From a virus: a stretch of 64,000 nt of DNA. Both the position numbers and the translations under genes were made by a program. The notes beneath the pieces are model-generated. The model was not told the origin of the DNA. It did no database searches and worked only from the letters and a program-made list of their open reading frames with translations. The stretch lies in the IMG/VR virus record IMGVR_UViG_3300032087_005129. One strand, given 5' to 3'. The first letter of the stretch is position 1; each line of letters begins with the position of its first letter. This document shows positions 17,554 to 26,083 of the stretch, one piece after another.

Positions 17554-18948
17554 GTGATTTCTACCGTGCCACGCCTAGTCGATAAATCTGAGTTCCTGAA
17601 TGCCGCTGCTGCGGCTGGGTTCTCACCCGAATCAACCATGACGCGGGCAGAAGTCAAACAAGTTTGTGCTGAGGCAGGGGTGACTCTTCCTCGGTGGCTC
17701 TTGAATGACGATGCTCACCGTGTCTCGCGTGGTGTTTACGCCCTCACTGCTCAGTCTGCTCCTGCCCCTGTGGCGGCGCCGACTGCACCTGCTCCCGTTG
17801 TCGAGGCTGTTTCAACTGCTACTGCTGCTGTTGAAGTTGTGTCTGAGATGGCTGGTCGGGTTGTTCCTGCCAAAATTCCTAACTACGTCCCGAATGGGCA
17901 TTACGGCGACATCAAGGCTATCCTTGAGTCTGGTCGTTTTTACCCTGCATTCGTGACTGGTCTTTCGGGTAACGGCAAGACTACCATGATCGAGCAAGTG
18001 TGTGCTGCTCTCAATCGAGAGTGTTACCGCGTCAACATCACTAATCTCACCGACGAAGATCAACTTCTCGGTTCGTTTGTCCTCGAAGATGGCAAGACTG
18101 TCTGGAAAGATGGCCCTGTTACTCTCGCTGCCCGTCGTGGCGCTGTGTTGCTGCTTGATGAATACGATCAAGCCACGGCGAAACTGATGTGTTTGCAGCC
18201 AGTTCTCGAAGGCAAGTCATTTATGATTCAGCGAATCAATGAAATCATCACGCCCGCTCCTGGGTTTACGATTGTCGCTACTGCCAACACTAAAGGGCAA
18301 GGCGATGATACGGGTCGATTCATTGGGGCCAACGTGATGAACGAGGCCACGCTTGATCGTTTCCCAGTTTGCCTTGAGCAAGCCTACCCTGCTCGTGCCA
18401 CTGAACGAAAAATCGTTGTTGGCATGATGAAGAATTTGGGCTGCGAAGATCGCAAGTTCGCTGACCTGCTGACCAAGTGGGCCGAGATGACTCGTGAGTT
18501 GTATTACGAGTCGGGCGAAGGCGAGATCATCACGACCCGTCGTCTTGAACACGTTGTCGGTGCGTTCGCCATCTTCGGTGATCGTATGAAGGCAGTCGAG
18601 ATGGCTACTGCTCGCTTCGATGAGGCGACAAAAGAAGCCTTCCGCGATTCCTATCGCGCCTTGGATGCAGAAGTTGACACGGAGACCGAGGCGGGTTCAG
18701 AACCCGCTTCGGCCACTTCTTCTCAATGTGGATCGAATCAACGTGTCCTCTTGAAGTGTTCATACAATGATCGTGACCAAGCGAAAGCATTGGGTGCCAA
18801 GTGGGATCCTAACTGTTCTTTCGGCAATTCGAAAGGCACCTGGGTTGTTGATAGCGAAGTCTACAACAAAGACCCTGAGGCATTCGATCAATGGTCGCCA
18901 ACGTTCGAAAATGTGAAGGAGTACCTGGGTTGCCCAGCACCTTTCTAA
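17554..18948 (+). CDS. cobS: CobS-like/MoxR AAA+ ATPase with C-terminal DUF5710-like domain (probable start GTG at 17566)
   Basis: Walker A GLSGNGKT, Walker B LLLDE, ATANTKG, NEATLDRF; C-terminal YNDRDQAKALGAKWD. Confidence 0.85.
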   Translation: MISTVPRLVDKSEFLNAAAAAGFSPESTMTRAEVKQVCAEAGVTLPRWLLNDDAHRVSRGVYALTAQSAPAPVAAPTAPAPVVEAVSTATAAVEVVSEMAGRVVPAKIPNYVPNGHYGDIKAILESGRFYPAFVTGLSGNGKTTMIEQVCAALNRECYRVNITNLTDEDQLLGSFVLEDGKTVWKDGPVTLAARRGAVLLLDEYDQATAKLMCLQPVLEGKSFMIQRINEIITPAPGFTIVATANTKGQGDDTGRFIGANVMNEATLDRFPVCLEQAYPARATERKIVVGMMKNLGCEDRKFADLLTKWAEMTRELYYESGEGEIITTRRLEHVVGAFAIFGDRMKAVEMATARFDEATKEAFRDSYRALDAEVDTETEAGSEPASATSSQCGSNQRVLLKCSYNDRDQAKALGAKWDPNCSFGNSKGTWVVDSEVYNKDPEAFDQWSPTFENVKEYLGCPAPF

Positions 18949-19253
18949 ATGATCTTCTGGTTGAATTGTCAGCCAGATTTGGAAAGAGAGAGTTTCAATA
19001 CTTTCTCGTGATTGGAGTTCTCTATTGAAACCTACTACTGATGCAATTGTTTCATACAACGGCGATGAAGGCACCTACACTGTTGAGTTTCTGATGGTCT
19101 ACGACCATGCTCATGTGAAGTCTGTCGCCAGCATTGAAGGCTATCTGTCACGGGCAGAAGCCGAGCATGTTGCCGACAACTGGATTCACCGAAATTACAT
19201 TTTGGCGCCTTTGAGCGAGAATCTGCAAGACGGCAAAATTCCCTATTAATTAC

Positions 19254-19281
19254 TTGACACGTACCATTGGGATGGTATATT
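19254..19281 (+). promoter_or_regulatory. Early promoter TTGACA-N16-TATATT with extended -10 TG
   Basis: Sequence match. Confidence 0.7.
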
Positions 19282-19312
19282 GAATCTAACACAAGAAAAG
19301 GAGTCATACAAC

Positions 19313-19528
19313 ATGGCTACACCCGAATACGAATCCGCAGACGAATTCTTTGAATGCATTGAAGACGCCTACGAGTATATGGATCCAGATGATCCTGACA
19401 ATTACGATGATGAGGACTACGAGCCTTATGATCTAGAAGAAGATGCCGATGACTATGAACGGCATCTAGACTATATCGACCATGATGAGTATTATGGCGA
19501 AGAAACCAACTGGCACCGAGACTATTGA
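19313..19528 (+). CDS. Very acidic Tyr-rich small protein
   Basis: AAGGAG RBS before ATG 19313; about 31 of 71 residues are D/E. Confidence 0.7.
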   Translation: MATPEYESADEFFECIEDAYEYMDPDDPDNYDDEDYEPYDLEEDADDYERHLDYIDHDEYYGEETNWHRDY

Positions 19529-19542
19529 AAGGAGTCCTACAC

Positions 19543-19878
19543 ATGCCACGTACTGCTACACCTGTTACTGATTTGATCCCTGCCTACATTGCCTCTGCTC
19601 GGCAAGCAGGCTACAACCAAGACACCCTCACTCGTGCAGAGTGCCTTGACATTCGTGAGAAGACTGGTGCTTCTCTTCCTCGATGGCTTATGAAAGACGA
19701 TTCGCGTCGAGTTTCTAAAGGCGTCTATTCGATCCCTGAGTTGGTGAGTGATTCAACTTCGCCAGCCCCTATGACTGAACCTGCTCATACGGAACCAGTC
19801 GTAGAAGAGATGAATACGCCTGAGTCTACTGATGAGTCTCGCTGGGCTGCTGATGAACCAGCCTTTGCTGAGAACTAA
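19543..19878 (+). CDS. Stand-alone homolog of the CobS-like ATPase N-terminal domain
   Basis: TLTRAE...LPRWLMKDDSRRVSKGVY versus TMTRAE...LPRWLLNDDAHRVSRGVY. Confidence 0.8.
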   Translation: MPRTATPVTDLIPAYIASARQAGYNQDTLTRAECLDIREKTGASLPRWLMKDDSRRVSKGVYSIPELVSDSTSPAPMTEPAHTEPVVEEMNTPESTDESRWAADEPAFAEN

Positions 19879-19929
19879 GTAGACATCGGCAGGGATGCGG
19901 CTGCCAAAACAACGCATACGGCCTAACTA

Positions 19930-20002
19930 GGTTCCGTAACTCAGTTGGTAGAGTAACGGACTTTTAATCCGTGAGTCGTGGGTTCGAGCCCCACCGGAGC
20001 CA
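19930..20002 (+). tRNA. tRNA-Lys(TTT)
   Basis: Cloverleaf; ACGGA-CTTTTAA-TCCGT; GGTTCGAGCC T-arm. Confidence 0.92.
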
Positions 20003-20096
20003 TTATGGTTTACCCGACAGCAACTCTTTGGACTGACATAGGGCGGAAAACGGTTTCTGCTCCGAGCGTTTGTGCTCCACACGCTTAGATAATTTT

Positions 20097-20124
20097 TTGC
20101 ATTTTACCCTCGGCATGTTATACT
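20097..20124 (+). promoter_or_regulatory. Early promoter TTGCAT-N16-TATACT
   Basis: Sequence match upstream of 20145. Confidence 0.6.
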
Positions 20125-20144
20125 GAATTCAGAAAGGAATCTCA

Positions 20145-20801
20145 ATGTTAGTACCTAAACAGCCACACCCAAATATTTCAAACCCAGAAGTCACGAAGAT
20201 TCGCAAAGCAATGTTCAAGTACATGTCTGAATCTCTCGCAAGAATTCAGAAAGGCAACGAAGAGTACGACGAAGCAAAGACTCAACACTTTCTTCTGCAC
20301 GACATCACTGCACCCGAATCGAAAGTTGGCGTCTTTTTCAGTTTCGTAGAGAACGAAAAAGAATGGGGTCCCGATGAAGCGATTCGAATTGTTCAGCACA
20401 CCATCTATGTGAATGAGTATGGTCACACGAAGCATACAAACAATGGTCACAAAACACCATTCGAACATCCTATTAGATGCAATCGAGTACAAGGTCGTAA
20501 ACTCTGGGATCAATGCGTGAGGGGTGTCTTCACTGATCATGCTATGGTGATGCCTGATATCAAGCCTGCGATGATTGAGTACGCACAAGCAAGAATGGAC
20601 AATCCATACCCTGATCATATCAGCACAGAAGACTTAGAGAAACTTGATGAATCTATTTCACAGTGGGCTGATCGTACAGGTTGGGGTGGAAATGAATTTG
20701 AAGAAAATGTCTATGAAGAAATGATGGAACAATATCGCACATTCGTAAAGAAGTGTGAAGAAGGAGATGATTATGGATCAGACTATGCACTCAACGCCTG
20801 A
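20145..20801 (+). CDS. Hypothetical protein
   Basis: ORF with AAAGGA RBS. Confidence 0.75.
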   Translation: MLVPKQPHPNISNPEVTKIRKAMFKYMSESLARIQKGNEEYDEAKTQHFLLHDITAPESKVGVFFSFVENEKEWGPDEAIRIVQHTIYVNEYGHTKHTNNGHKTPFEHPIRCNRVQGRKLWDQCVRGVFTDHAMVMPDIKPAMIEYAQARMDNPYPDHISTEDLEKLDESISQWADRTGWGGNEFEENVYEEMMEQYRTFVKKCEEGDDYGSDYALNA

Positions 20802-21054
20802 GGAAACCACTGAACAAATCACTCTGTCACAAGACAGTATGAACCTACTGAAAACAGGTCACTGGTGGCGCATGGTTCTTTCGACGTTTCCAAATGCCAC
20901 AATGTCGGTGAATGAGTGTGGTGAATTCGTGATTCATACAAACGCTTTTGAGAAAGGCTTTCGGCGTACACACAAGAAGTCAACGAGGCTTATTCTGGCT
21001 CTGACTGGACTTGTGACGGTTCTCTTTTGGTTGTTTGGAGGGTTTACTCAATGA
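20755..21054 (+). CDS. Hypothetical protein with C-terminal TM (start probably downstream, near 20773)
   Basis: AGGAG RBS before the internal ATG. Confidence 0.6.
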   Translation: MKKEMIMDQTMHSTPEETTEQITLSQDSMNLLKTGHWWRMVLSTFPNATMSVNECGEFVIHTNAFEKGFRRTHKKSTRLILALTGLVTVLFWLFGGFTQ

Positions 21055-21214
21055 ATCTCAATGATATTGTTTTTCGTGTTGTGACGTTTCTTCTTGGTCT
21101 GCTCTCGATAACTCTTTGTGTTGTCGCTACGGTCGAAGAAAGTCTTGTTGGGGCTGTGCTTGGTGCCTTTATGGTGTATGCTTTCTGGCTCTGGATTACT
21201 GGGGCTTGGCGTAA

Positions 21215-21817
21215 ATGAAAGGACCTCAATTGTCGATGAATGCCCATATGGCGCGAGCATTCCAGAAGCGTGAAAAGAACCTTGAGATTGGAATGCTCTA
21301 TGAAACTCTGAGAGGTGTAGAGTTTGATTGGTCGGTACCTGCTAAGGCTCCAAATGGGTTGAAAAAAATTAACGAATTCATTGGGATGCCAGAAAAGAAA
21401 AAGAAGGCTTTGCTAAAAGGCACTCTAACGAATCCTTCGAAGATACTGGGTGACGAGAAAGCCAAAGAGGAGTTCTATGACTATGTGTGTAAATGGTATC
21501 ATGGCTACGCGGTTGAGAAAGACAACACTTGGGTAGAGTTCGATTGGATGTTGGTGTCGCCTCTTGGAAAGATTGTGACGTTTCGAAAAGGCGAAGACGG
21601 CCCTGTGCATCTTTCGATCAATTACTATGAATGGGATATGCCAGATTATTCTGTGACTTACCCGCATGTGCCAAGTTCGACCTTCGTTCGAATCGCATCA
21701 GAGCAGTATGTTGCAACCGAAGTTGCACGAAAGCGTTGGAATTATCTGGTGAATCTTGGCTTCACAAGAGTCGATGAGACACTTGCAGAAAAGATCAAGG
21801 CGATTCAAAGCCTCTAA
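21215..21817 (+). CDS. Hypothetical protein
   Basis: 200-aa ORF overlapping the previous stop. Confidence 0.7.
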   Translation: MKGPQLSMNAHMARAFQKREKNLEIGMLYETLRGVEFDWSVPAKAPNGLKKINEFIGMPEKKKKALLKGTLTNPSKILGDEKAKEEFYDYVCKWYHGYAVEKDNTWVEFDWMLVSPLGKIVTFRKGEDGPVHLSINYYEWDMPDYSVTYPHVPSSTFVRIASEQYVATEVARKRWNYLVNLGFTRVDETLAEKIKAIQSL

Positions 21818-21820
21818 AAT

Positions 21821-22288
21821 TTATTTTGGTTGAATCAAGTTCACGGTGAGTTGAATGAAATCATTTGACTCTTTGAGATTGGCTTTGTTTTGCCATTCAG
21901 CAGATTCTTTATCACTTTTGATCGGACCACCTTTTGCCCAAGTATGACATGATCTTGCAGAGTGACATTTGAAATGGTGCATCCAACAATAGCCAAGTTC
22001 ACCATCATCGTCGAAGGTGTCACCAGGCAAACAATCTTTCATTCGAGGTGAGATATCGAAAGCAACGCAGTTTCCACACAAAGATTTCTTGGCAGCCTTC
22101 TCAGTTGTCTTCCAATACTTTGCGATCTTCTCCCAGTAGTCACCAGGCTCGTCAACATTGAGAGGACCATAGTTGTACTTCTTGATCGTCGCATCACGAT
22201 TCTTTGTGTTGAGTTCTAGATCTTTTGCAGCAGGAGGACACTTGAGATCTTTTTCTTGCTCTAGCAGCAGACGTTGTGAAATGTGCAT
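21821..22288 (-). CDS. Cys/His-rich conserved phage protein with leader MHISQRLLLEQE
   Basis: CGNC...C...GYCWMHHFKCHSARSCHTW; ACTAAATA at 22324..22331 upstream. Confidence 0.8.
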   Translation of the reverse strand: MHISQRLLLEQEKDLKCPPAAKDLELNTKNRDATIKKYNYGPLNVDEPGDYWEKIAKYWKTTEKAAKKSLCGNCVAFDISPRMKDCLPGDTFDDDGELGYCWMHHFKCHSARSCHTWAKGGPIKSDKESAEWQNKANLKESNDFIQLTVNLIQPK

Positions 22289-22384
22289 GATTTCTCCAGA
22301 AAAAAAGTGCGTTTGTCAAGTAATATTTAGTATTTTTTCGTCTGTAGCGATTATTCTATCTGGCAAAAAAAAGCACAAAAAGAC

Positions 22385-22412
22385 TTGCACACCCCCCAAC
22401 AGATGGTATAAT
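22385..22412 (+). promoter_or_regulatory. Early promoter TTGCAC-N16-TATAAT (extended -10)
   Basis: Sequence match. Confidence 0.7.
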
Positions 22413-22444
22413 GAATATGTGAGGGGGATGAGAAAGGAATTCTG

Positions 22445-22537
22445 ATGTTTGATCTAGTGATATCTCTTCTTCTCTGTGTCGGCTTCTGTGCCGTGATGAC
22501 CTTGATGATGTATCAAGACTTCAAAAACAAGAGATAA
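22445..22537 (+). CDS. Single-TM microprotein (30 aa)
   Basis: MFDLVISLLLCVGFCAVMTLMMYQDFKNKR; AAAGGA RBS. Confidence 0.6.
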   Translation: MFDLVISLLLCVGFCAVMTLMMYQDFKNKR

Positions 22538-22572
22538 TCGTTTTTCTGTTTCCCTCTAGAAGAAAGGACCCC

Positions 22573-22677
22573 ATGCTTTACTTGACTCTTTCTGTTCCCG
22601 TTCTCGCAATCGCGACCATTTTGGCTGGAGTTGTCTACGGTAGCACTCCGCACTTCCACCACTTGTCTCATCAGTGA
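22573..22677 (+). CDS. Single-TM microprotein (34 aa)
   Basis: MLYLTLSVPVLAIATILAGVVYGSTPHFHHLSHQ; AAAGGA RBS. Confidence 0.6.
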   Translation: MLYLTLSVPVLAIATILAGVVYGSTPHFHHLSHQ

Positions 22678-22691
22678 AAAGGAGTTTCAAC

Positions 22692-22763
22692 ATGATGACA
22701 CTTTACCTAGCACTTGTTTTCGCCTTCTTTCTTTTCATACCTGTTTTTACGGAGCATGACTAA
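22692..22763 (+). CDS. Single-TM microprotein (23 aa)
   Basis: MMTLYLALVFAFFLFIPVFTEHD; AAGGAG RBS; stop overlaps the next start. Confidence 0.55.
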   Translation: MMTLYLALVFAFFLFIPVFTEHD

Positions 22764-23134
22764 TGAATGACATTTACCTTTGCAAATCTGTTGACACCGG
22801 CACCGAGTTCGGATACAAAGTAGCCAAGTTTCGGTTCACTGAAAACAACATGGCTACTGGTCGGCCTCTGATGAGGATTCGAACCTATTGCAGTTCAGAA
22901 GAAGAATACAACAATGAGAAACCTTTCGACCTCGTGAGAGATTACCGAAACGATACCTTTCTCTGGTCACTCAGCGAAGAGGTCATCGAAAAACTCAAAC
23001 GAATCGCTGGCTCGTTGGGCTACTACGAAGAAAGAATTACCCCTTCGGGCGACTACGATCTTGACAATGCCCGCGAGATCTGGAATGCTCTGGTCGAAGA
23101 CGGCTGGACTCGTCAAGATGAATGCCCCTTCTGA
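22763..23134 (+). CDS. Hypothetical protein
   Basis: 123-aa ORF ending AREIWNALVEDGW. Confidence 0.7.
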   Translation: MNDIYLCKSVDTGTEFGYKVAKFRFTENNMATGRPLMRIRTYCSSEEEYNNEKPFDLVRDYRNDTFLWSLSEEVIEKLKRIAGSLGYYEERITPSGDYDLDNAREIWNALVEDGWTRQDECPF

Positions 23135-23159
23135 ATGTTGATCAAACTGAGGAGAATCA

Positions 23160-23708
23160 ATGACTAATCAAAAACTAGCGGAAACTTTCCTGAGCATCAT
23201 AAACTCTGGTATCAAAATCGTTGAGCGGTATGCCGACGAGATGAAACAGGTTCGTGCGCCGAAGCCTCCTCTAGGCAATTCTAAGTCCAAGAAGTTCCTC
23301 AAGTTGCACAAACAATTTCAAGAAGAGTTGAAGAAGTGGGAAGAAAAATCAGCCAGATCTCTTCCTCGATATGCAAATCATCATGGCTATAGCAAATACG
23401 GGGCTTGTCACAACTTCTTCGGTGGTGGATTTGTTGAGAATCAACCAGACTTCTACAGTGAAGAGGGTGTGCCTGCAGGCTGGATTCAGTACAACGGCTG
23501 CTGTGCTTCTGGTGGAGAGTTCAATCTAATCACTGCTTATCAAGATCTTGATTGGATTGAAATTGATGGAGAGAAAGTTCCTCCTGTTGGCGTTCTTGCT
23601 ATGAAAGAATACGCCACCGATGAGGACTATCACGAGTTGATTCGCATCTGTGCGAAAGCAAGAGAGTTTTGTAAAACAGAGATCGAAAAGATCCTAAACG
23701 GAGAATGA
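23160..23708 (+). CDS. Hypothetical protein
   Basis: GAGGAG RBS, 182 aa. Confidence 0.75.
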   Translation: MTNQKLAETFLSIINSGIKIVERYADEMKQVRAPKPPLGNSKSKKFLKLHKQFQEELKKWEEKSARSLPRYANHHGYSKYGACHNFFGGGFVENQPDFYSEEGVPAGWIQYNGCCASGGEFNLITAYQDLDWIEIDGEKVPPVGVLAMKEYATDEDYHELIRICAKAREFCKTEIEKILNGE

Positions 23709-23935
23709 AAATGAAATTAGCGATTGCACTAGCAATTCTTTATCTGTACACTCTGTATAGATTGAGAGTAGAAAAACGAAGAATGAAAGAACAAATGGAG
23801 TTCTATGATCAAGAGATGAGAAATCTTGATATGTCAATGGATGGTTTTGAAAGTTTGTGGGAAGGCGAAAGAATTACAGGCGCCGAACGACCACATCTTC
23901 GATTGGTAAAGGATGGTTCTCACTATGAACACTGA
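23705..23935 (+). CDS. Small membrane-anchored protein
   Basis: N-terminal hydrophobic helix. Confidence 0.65.
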   Translation: MKMKLAIALAILYLYTLYRLRVEKRRMKEQMEFYDQEMRNLDMSMDGFESLWEGERITGAERPHLRLVKDGSHYEH

Positions 23936-24047
23936 ACAATTTGTAGCCATCGTTTGGTGTGTCGTGATGAGCACCGCAATCATCGGTTCTGGTCTTGTTC
24001 TGATCGAAGGCCTCTACTATCTTTTTAAACTTTTTACGAAAAAGTGA

Positions 24048-24055
24048 TATAAATA
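24048..24055 (+). promoter_or_regulatory. Late promoter TATAAATA
   Basis: Exact match, followed by a CCATCTAA/TTAGATGG hairpin. Confidence 0.7.
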
Positions 24056-24107
24056 CTTATCCATCTAACGTTTAGATGGTCGCATTATTCATTATGAAAG
24101 GAAATCT

Positions 24108-24347
24108 ATGAACGCGAAAACTTTTACAAAGTGCCTTGCACTTGGAATCCTAGCCTTGGCGACTGGCTGTACTTCGAATCGCCATACATTCCAAAACGAA
24201 GACGGTTCGGTTTCTGCCCTTGAGCAATCGACTCGATTCAACTGGAGAAACCTTCAGTTTGAAACTGATCACTACTGGACTCCTGATGCTCACACAAATC
24301 AGGATCGTCGGCAACGCGGCCCTCGCCCTGAGCGACAGTCGAGGTAA
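24108..24347 (+). CDS. Small lipoprotein
   Basis: Signal peptide with lipobox LATGC. Confidence 0.7.
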   Translation: MNAKTFTKCLALGILALATGCTSNRHTFQNEDGSVSALEQSTRFNWRNLQFETDHYWTPDAHTNQDRRQRGPRPERQSR

Positions 24348-24350
24348 CCG

Positions 24351-24533
24351 ATGAAGTCAAACACCATTTTGGTGATCTTGATGCTTGTGCTGGTGGCTTC
24401 TTTGCCACTAGCCGGCATCTGGTCATTTAACACGTTGTTCAATCTTGGCATTCAATACACATTTGCAACTTGGTCTGCAATGTTGTTCTTGATGCTTCTT
24501 TTTGTACCTAAAAAAACTGGAGATAGCAAATGA
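24351..24533 (+). CDS. Small two-TM membrane protein
   Basis: Hydrophobic; GAGG RBS. Confidence 0.65.
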   Translation: MKSNTILVILMLVLVASLPLAGIWSFNTLFNLGIQYTFATWSAMLFLMLLFVPKKTGDSK

Positions 24534-24793
24534 TCTGTGATGTTCTTACGATTGGGTTTTCTTTTGTTTTTGGTTTAGCAGTGATTGTAGAAGTGGTTCA
24601 TCAAATCGCTTCTCTTGCAAACACTCAAGACTTTGCGAAAGATGGCCCACTGGCTATTATGTTTGAAGCGTTCAAGGTTTTGGTTCAGAAGACTGTGATT
24701 GGTTGTACCGTCATAATCAAAGCCCATAACAAATTGACCACCAACGTTTCGTCTGCGGTCAAAAAACTTTTCAAACGAAAAACAGAAAATTGA
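24530..24793 (+). CDS. Small membrane protein
   Basis: GGAG RBS; N-terminal TM. Confidence 0.6.
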   Translation: MICDVLTIGFSFVFGLAVIVEVVHQIASLANTQDFAKDGPLAIMFEAFKVLVQKTVIGCTVIIKAHNKLTTNVSSAVKKLFKRKTEN

Positions 24794-25020
24794 CTTGCAA
24801 GGTCTTCATTTTACCTACATAATGTAGAAAGTGAAATGGAGACCTTTTTTAATTTGGTACCTACGACTGGCTAGAAACTGGTCAGATCCTTTCTGTCTCA
24901 CTAGAAAAGAAAAAAACCGCAAAAAGATTTCACTCGAACTTCGAGGAGAAAATCCTTTTGAAAGTCTTGACAGACTCAAACGTGAAGTGTATAGTTTCGA
25001 TAAGAAACAAGGAGTTGATA

Positions 25021-25608
25021 ATGACAACCAGTGAAAACAAAAAGTACATTGACTTTACCCCTGCTGCACGAAACGAATCGGCAGATGAATTGCATGACTC
25101 AGTAACGTATTTTCCTCTTCGGGGATTGTTCACTGGTCACTTTCATTTGTTCACTGGCAGCGAAGCAGACGAATCTGTTTACGAGCGACCAGCAGACTTT
25201 GTGAGACTTGTGGTTGAGTATGATCAATCTGGTCAACCAAGTGTTGTGACATTTGAAGTCTTGGACGATCAAGACACATGGCAAGACATTACGAACGATG
25301 CTGATGATACAGCCTTGTTGAATGCTTTTGAACCATGGATTGAAGAGTTCTATAGCACGTTCATGTTTGTTACAAGCCCTGATGATTGGGAAGTTCTTGA
25401 CGAAGAGATTGTTCCTGAGAATGTCGATGATGTTCCTGGCCAACAAATCTTCAACTTCAACAATGATGGTGATGTGTACTTGAACACCAATAAAGATCAA
25501 TGTTGCAAAAAGAAAGTTTGCGAAAAAGAACAGTGTTGCGATGTGGATCCAACACCTTGGCAAGAAATTGAAAATGACGAGTATCTTCGATACAATGGTC
25601 ACCTTTGA
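25021..25608 (+). CDS. Acidic hypothetical protein
   Basis: AGGAG RBS before ATG 25021. Confidence 0.7.
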   Translation: MTTSENKKYIDFTPAARNESADELHDSVTYFPLRGLFTGHFHLFTGSEADESVYERPADFVRLVVEYDQSGQPSVVTFEVLDDQDTWQDITNDADDTALLNAFEPWIEEFYSTFMFVTSPDDWEVLDEEIVPENVDDVPGQQIFNFNNDGDVYLNTNKDQCCKKKVCEKEQCCDVDPTPWQEIENDEYLRYNGHL

Positions 25609-25615
25609 GGAGTAA

Positions 25616-25945
25616 ATGATGATTACTGAAAAAACTGAAATTTCTGATTCGATGAACAAAGTGATCGGTTTGATTCCAGAAGTTGAAAAACTTTTCGACA
25701 ATTACAATCCAGACGAGTTTGATGCTGAAGGTGTTCAAAGTGTTGGTGATCTGATTCTTGAAATGGTTGTTCGATTCGCCATCGCAAAGAATCAACCCGA
25801 AGGATACTTCACCGACAGTGAGTATCAAGAAATGGAATGGTCAATCAAGCCACGACTTCAAGCACTGAGTTCAAATATTAAGAAGTATGGCTATACTGCC
25901 ATCTGTCGTGAAGACGATGAGTGGCTTGATCAGACAATTGACTAA
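25616..25945 (+). CDS. Hypothetical protein
   Basis: GAGGAG RBS. Confidence 0.7.
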   Translation: MMITEKTEISDSMNKVIGLIPEVEKLFDNYNPDEFDAEGVQSVGDLILEMVVRFAIAKNQPEGYFTDSEYQEMEWSIKPRLQALSSNIKKYGYTAICREDDEWLDQTID

Positions 25946-26040
25946 GTAAGGTAAACTATGTAGGAGCAGAGGTGCTTGTCACCTCACGAGATGCCTTTCT
26001 CGATAAACAGGCTTTCCCAGTGACGGAGAGTGAAGTCACC

Positions 26041-26069
26041 AAACAGCGTCCTTGATGGACGCTGTTTTT
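26041..26069 (+). terminator. Intrinsic terminator
   Basis: AAACAGCGTCC-ttgat-GGACGCTGTTTTT. Confidence 0.75.
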
Positions 26070-26070
26070 G

Positions 26071-26078
26071 TATAAATA
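26071..26078 (+). promoter_or_regulatory. Late promoter TATAAATA
   Basis: Exact match, 5 nt before ATG 26084. Confidence 0.8.
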
Positions 26079-26083
26079 CTGGC

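Noticed and set aside
17554-18948. cobS/cobT as a cobalamin-biosynthesis module feeding NrdJ
   Set aside because: No cobN or other cob genes in the window; the features fit generic MoxR/vWA pairs. The symbol is kept only as the customary phage label
19876-19926. Stop-codon readthrough stimulated by the pseudoknot
   Set aside because: Readthrough would add only about 15 codons before another TAA
26030-26083. ORF-track start at 26030
   Set aside because: It runs through a terminator and the late promoter; ATG 26084 is the better start. The track starts at 30596, 45860 and 62614 were shortened on RBS, overlap or family-motif grounds
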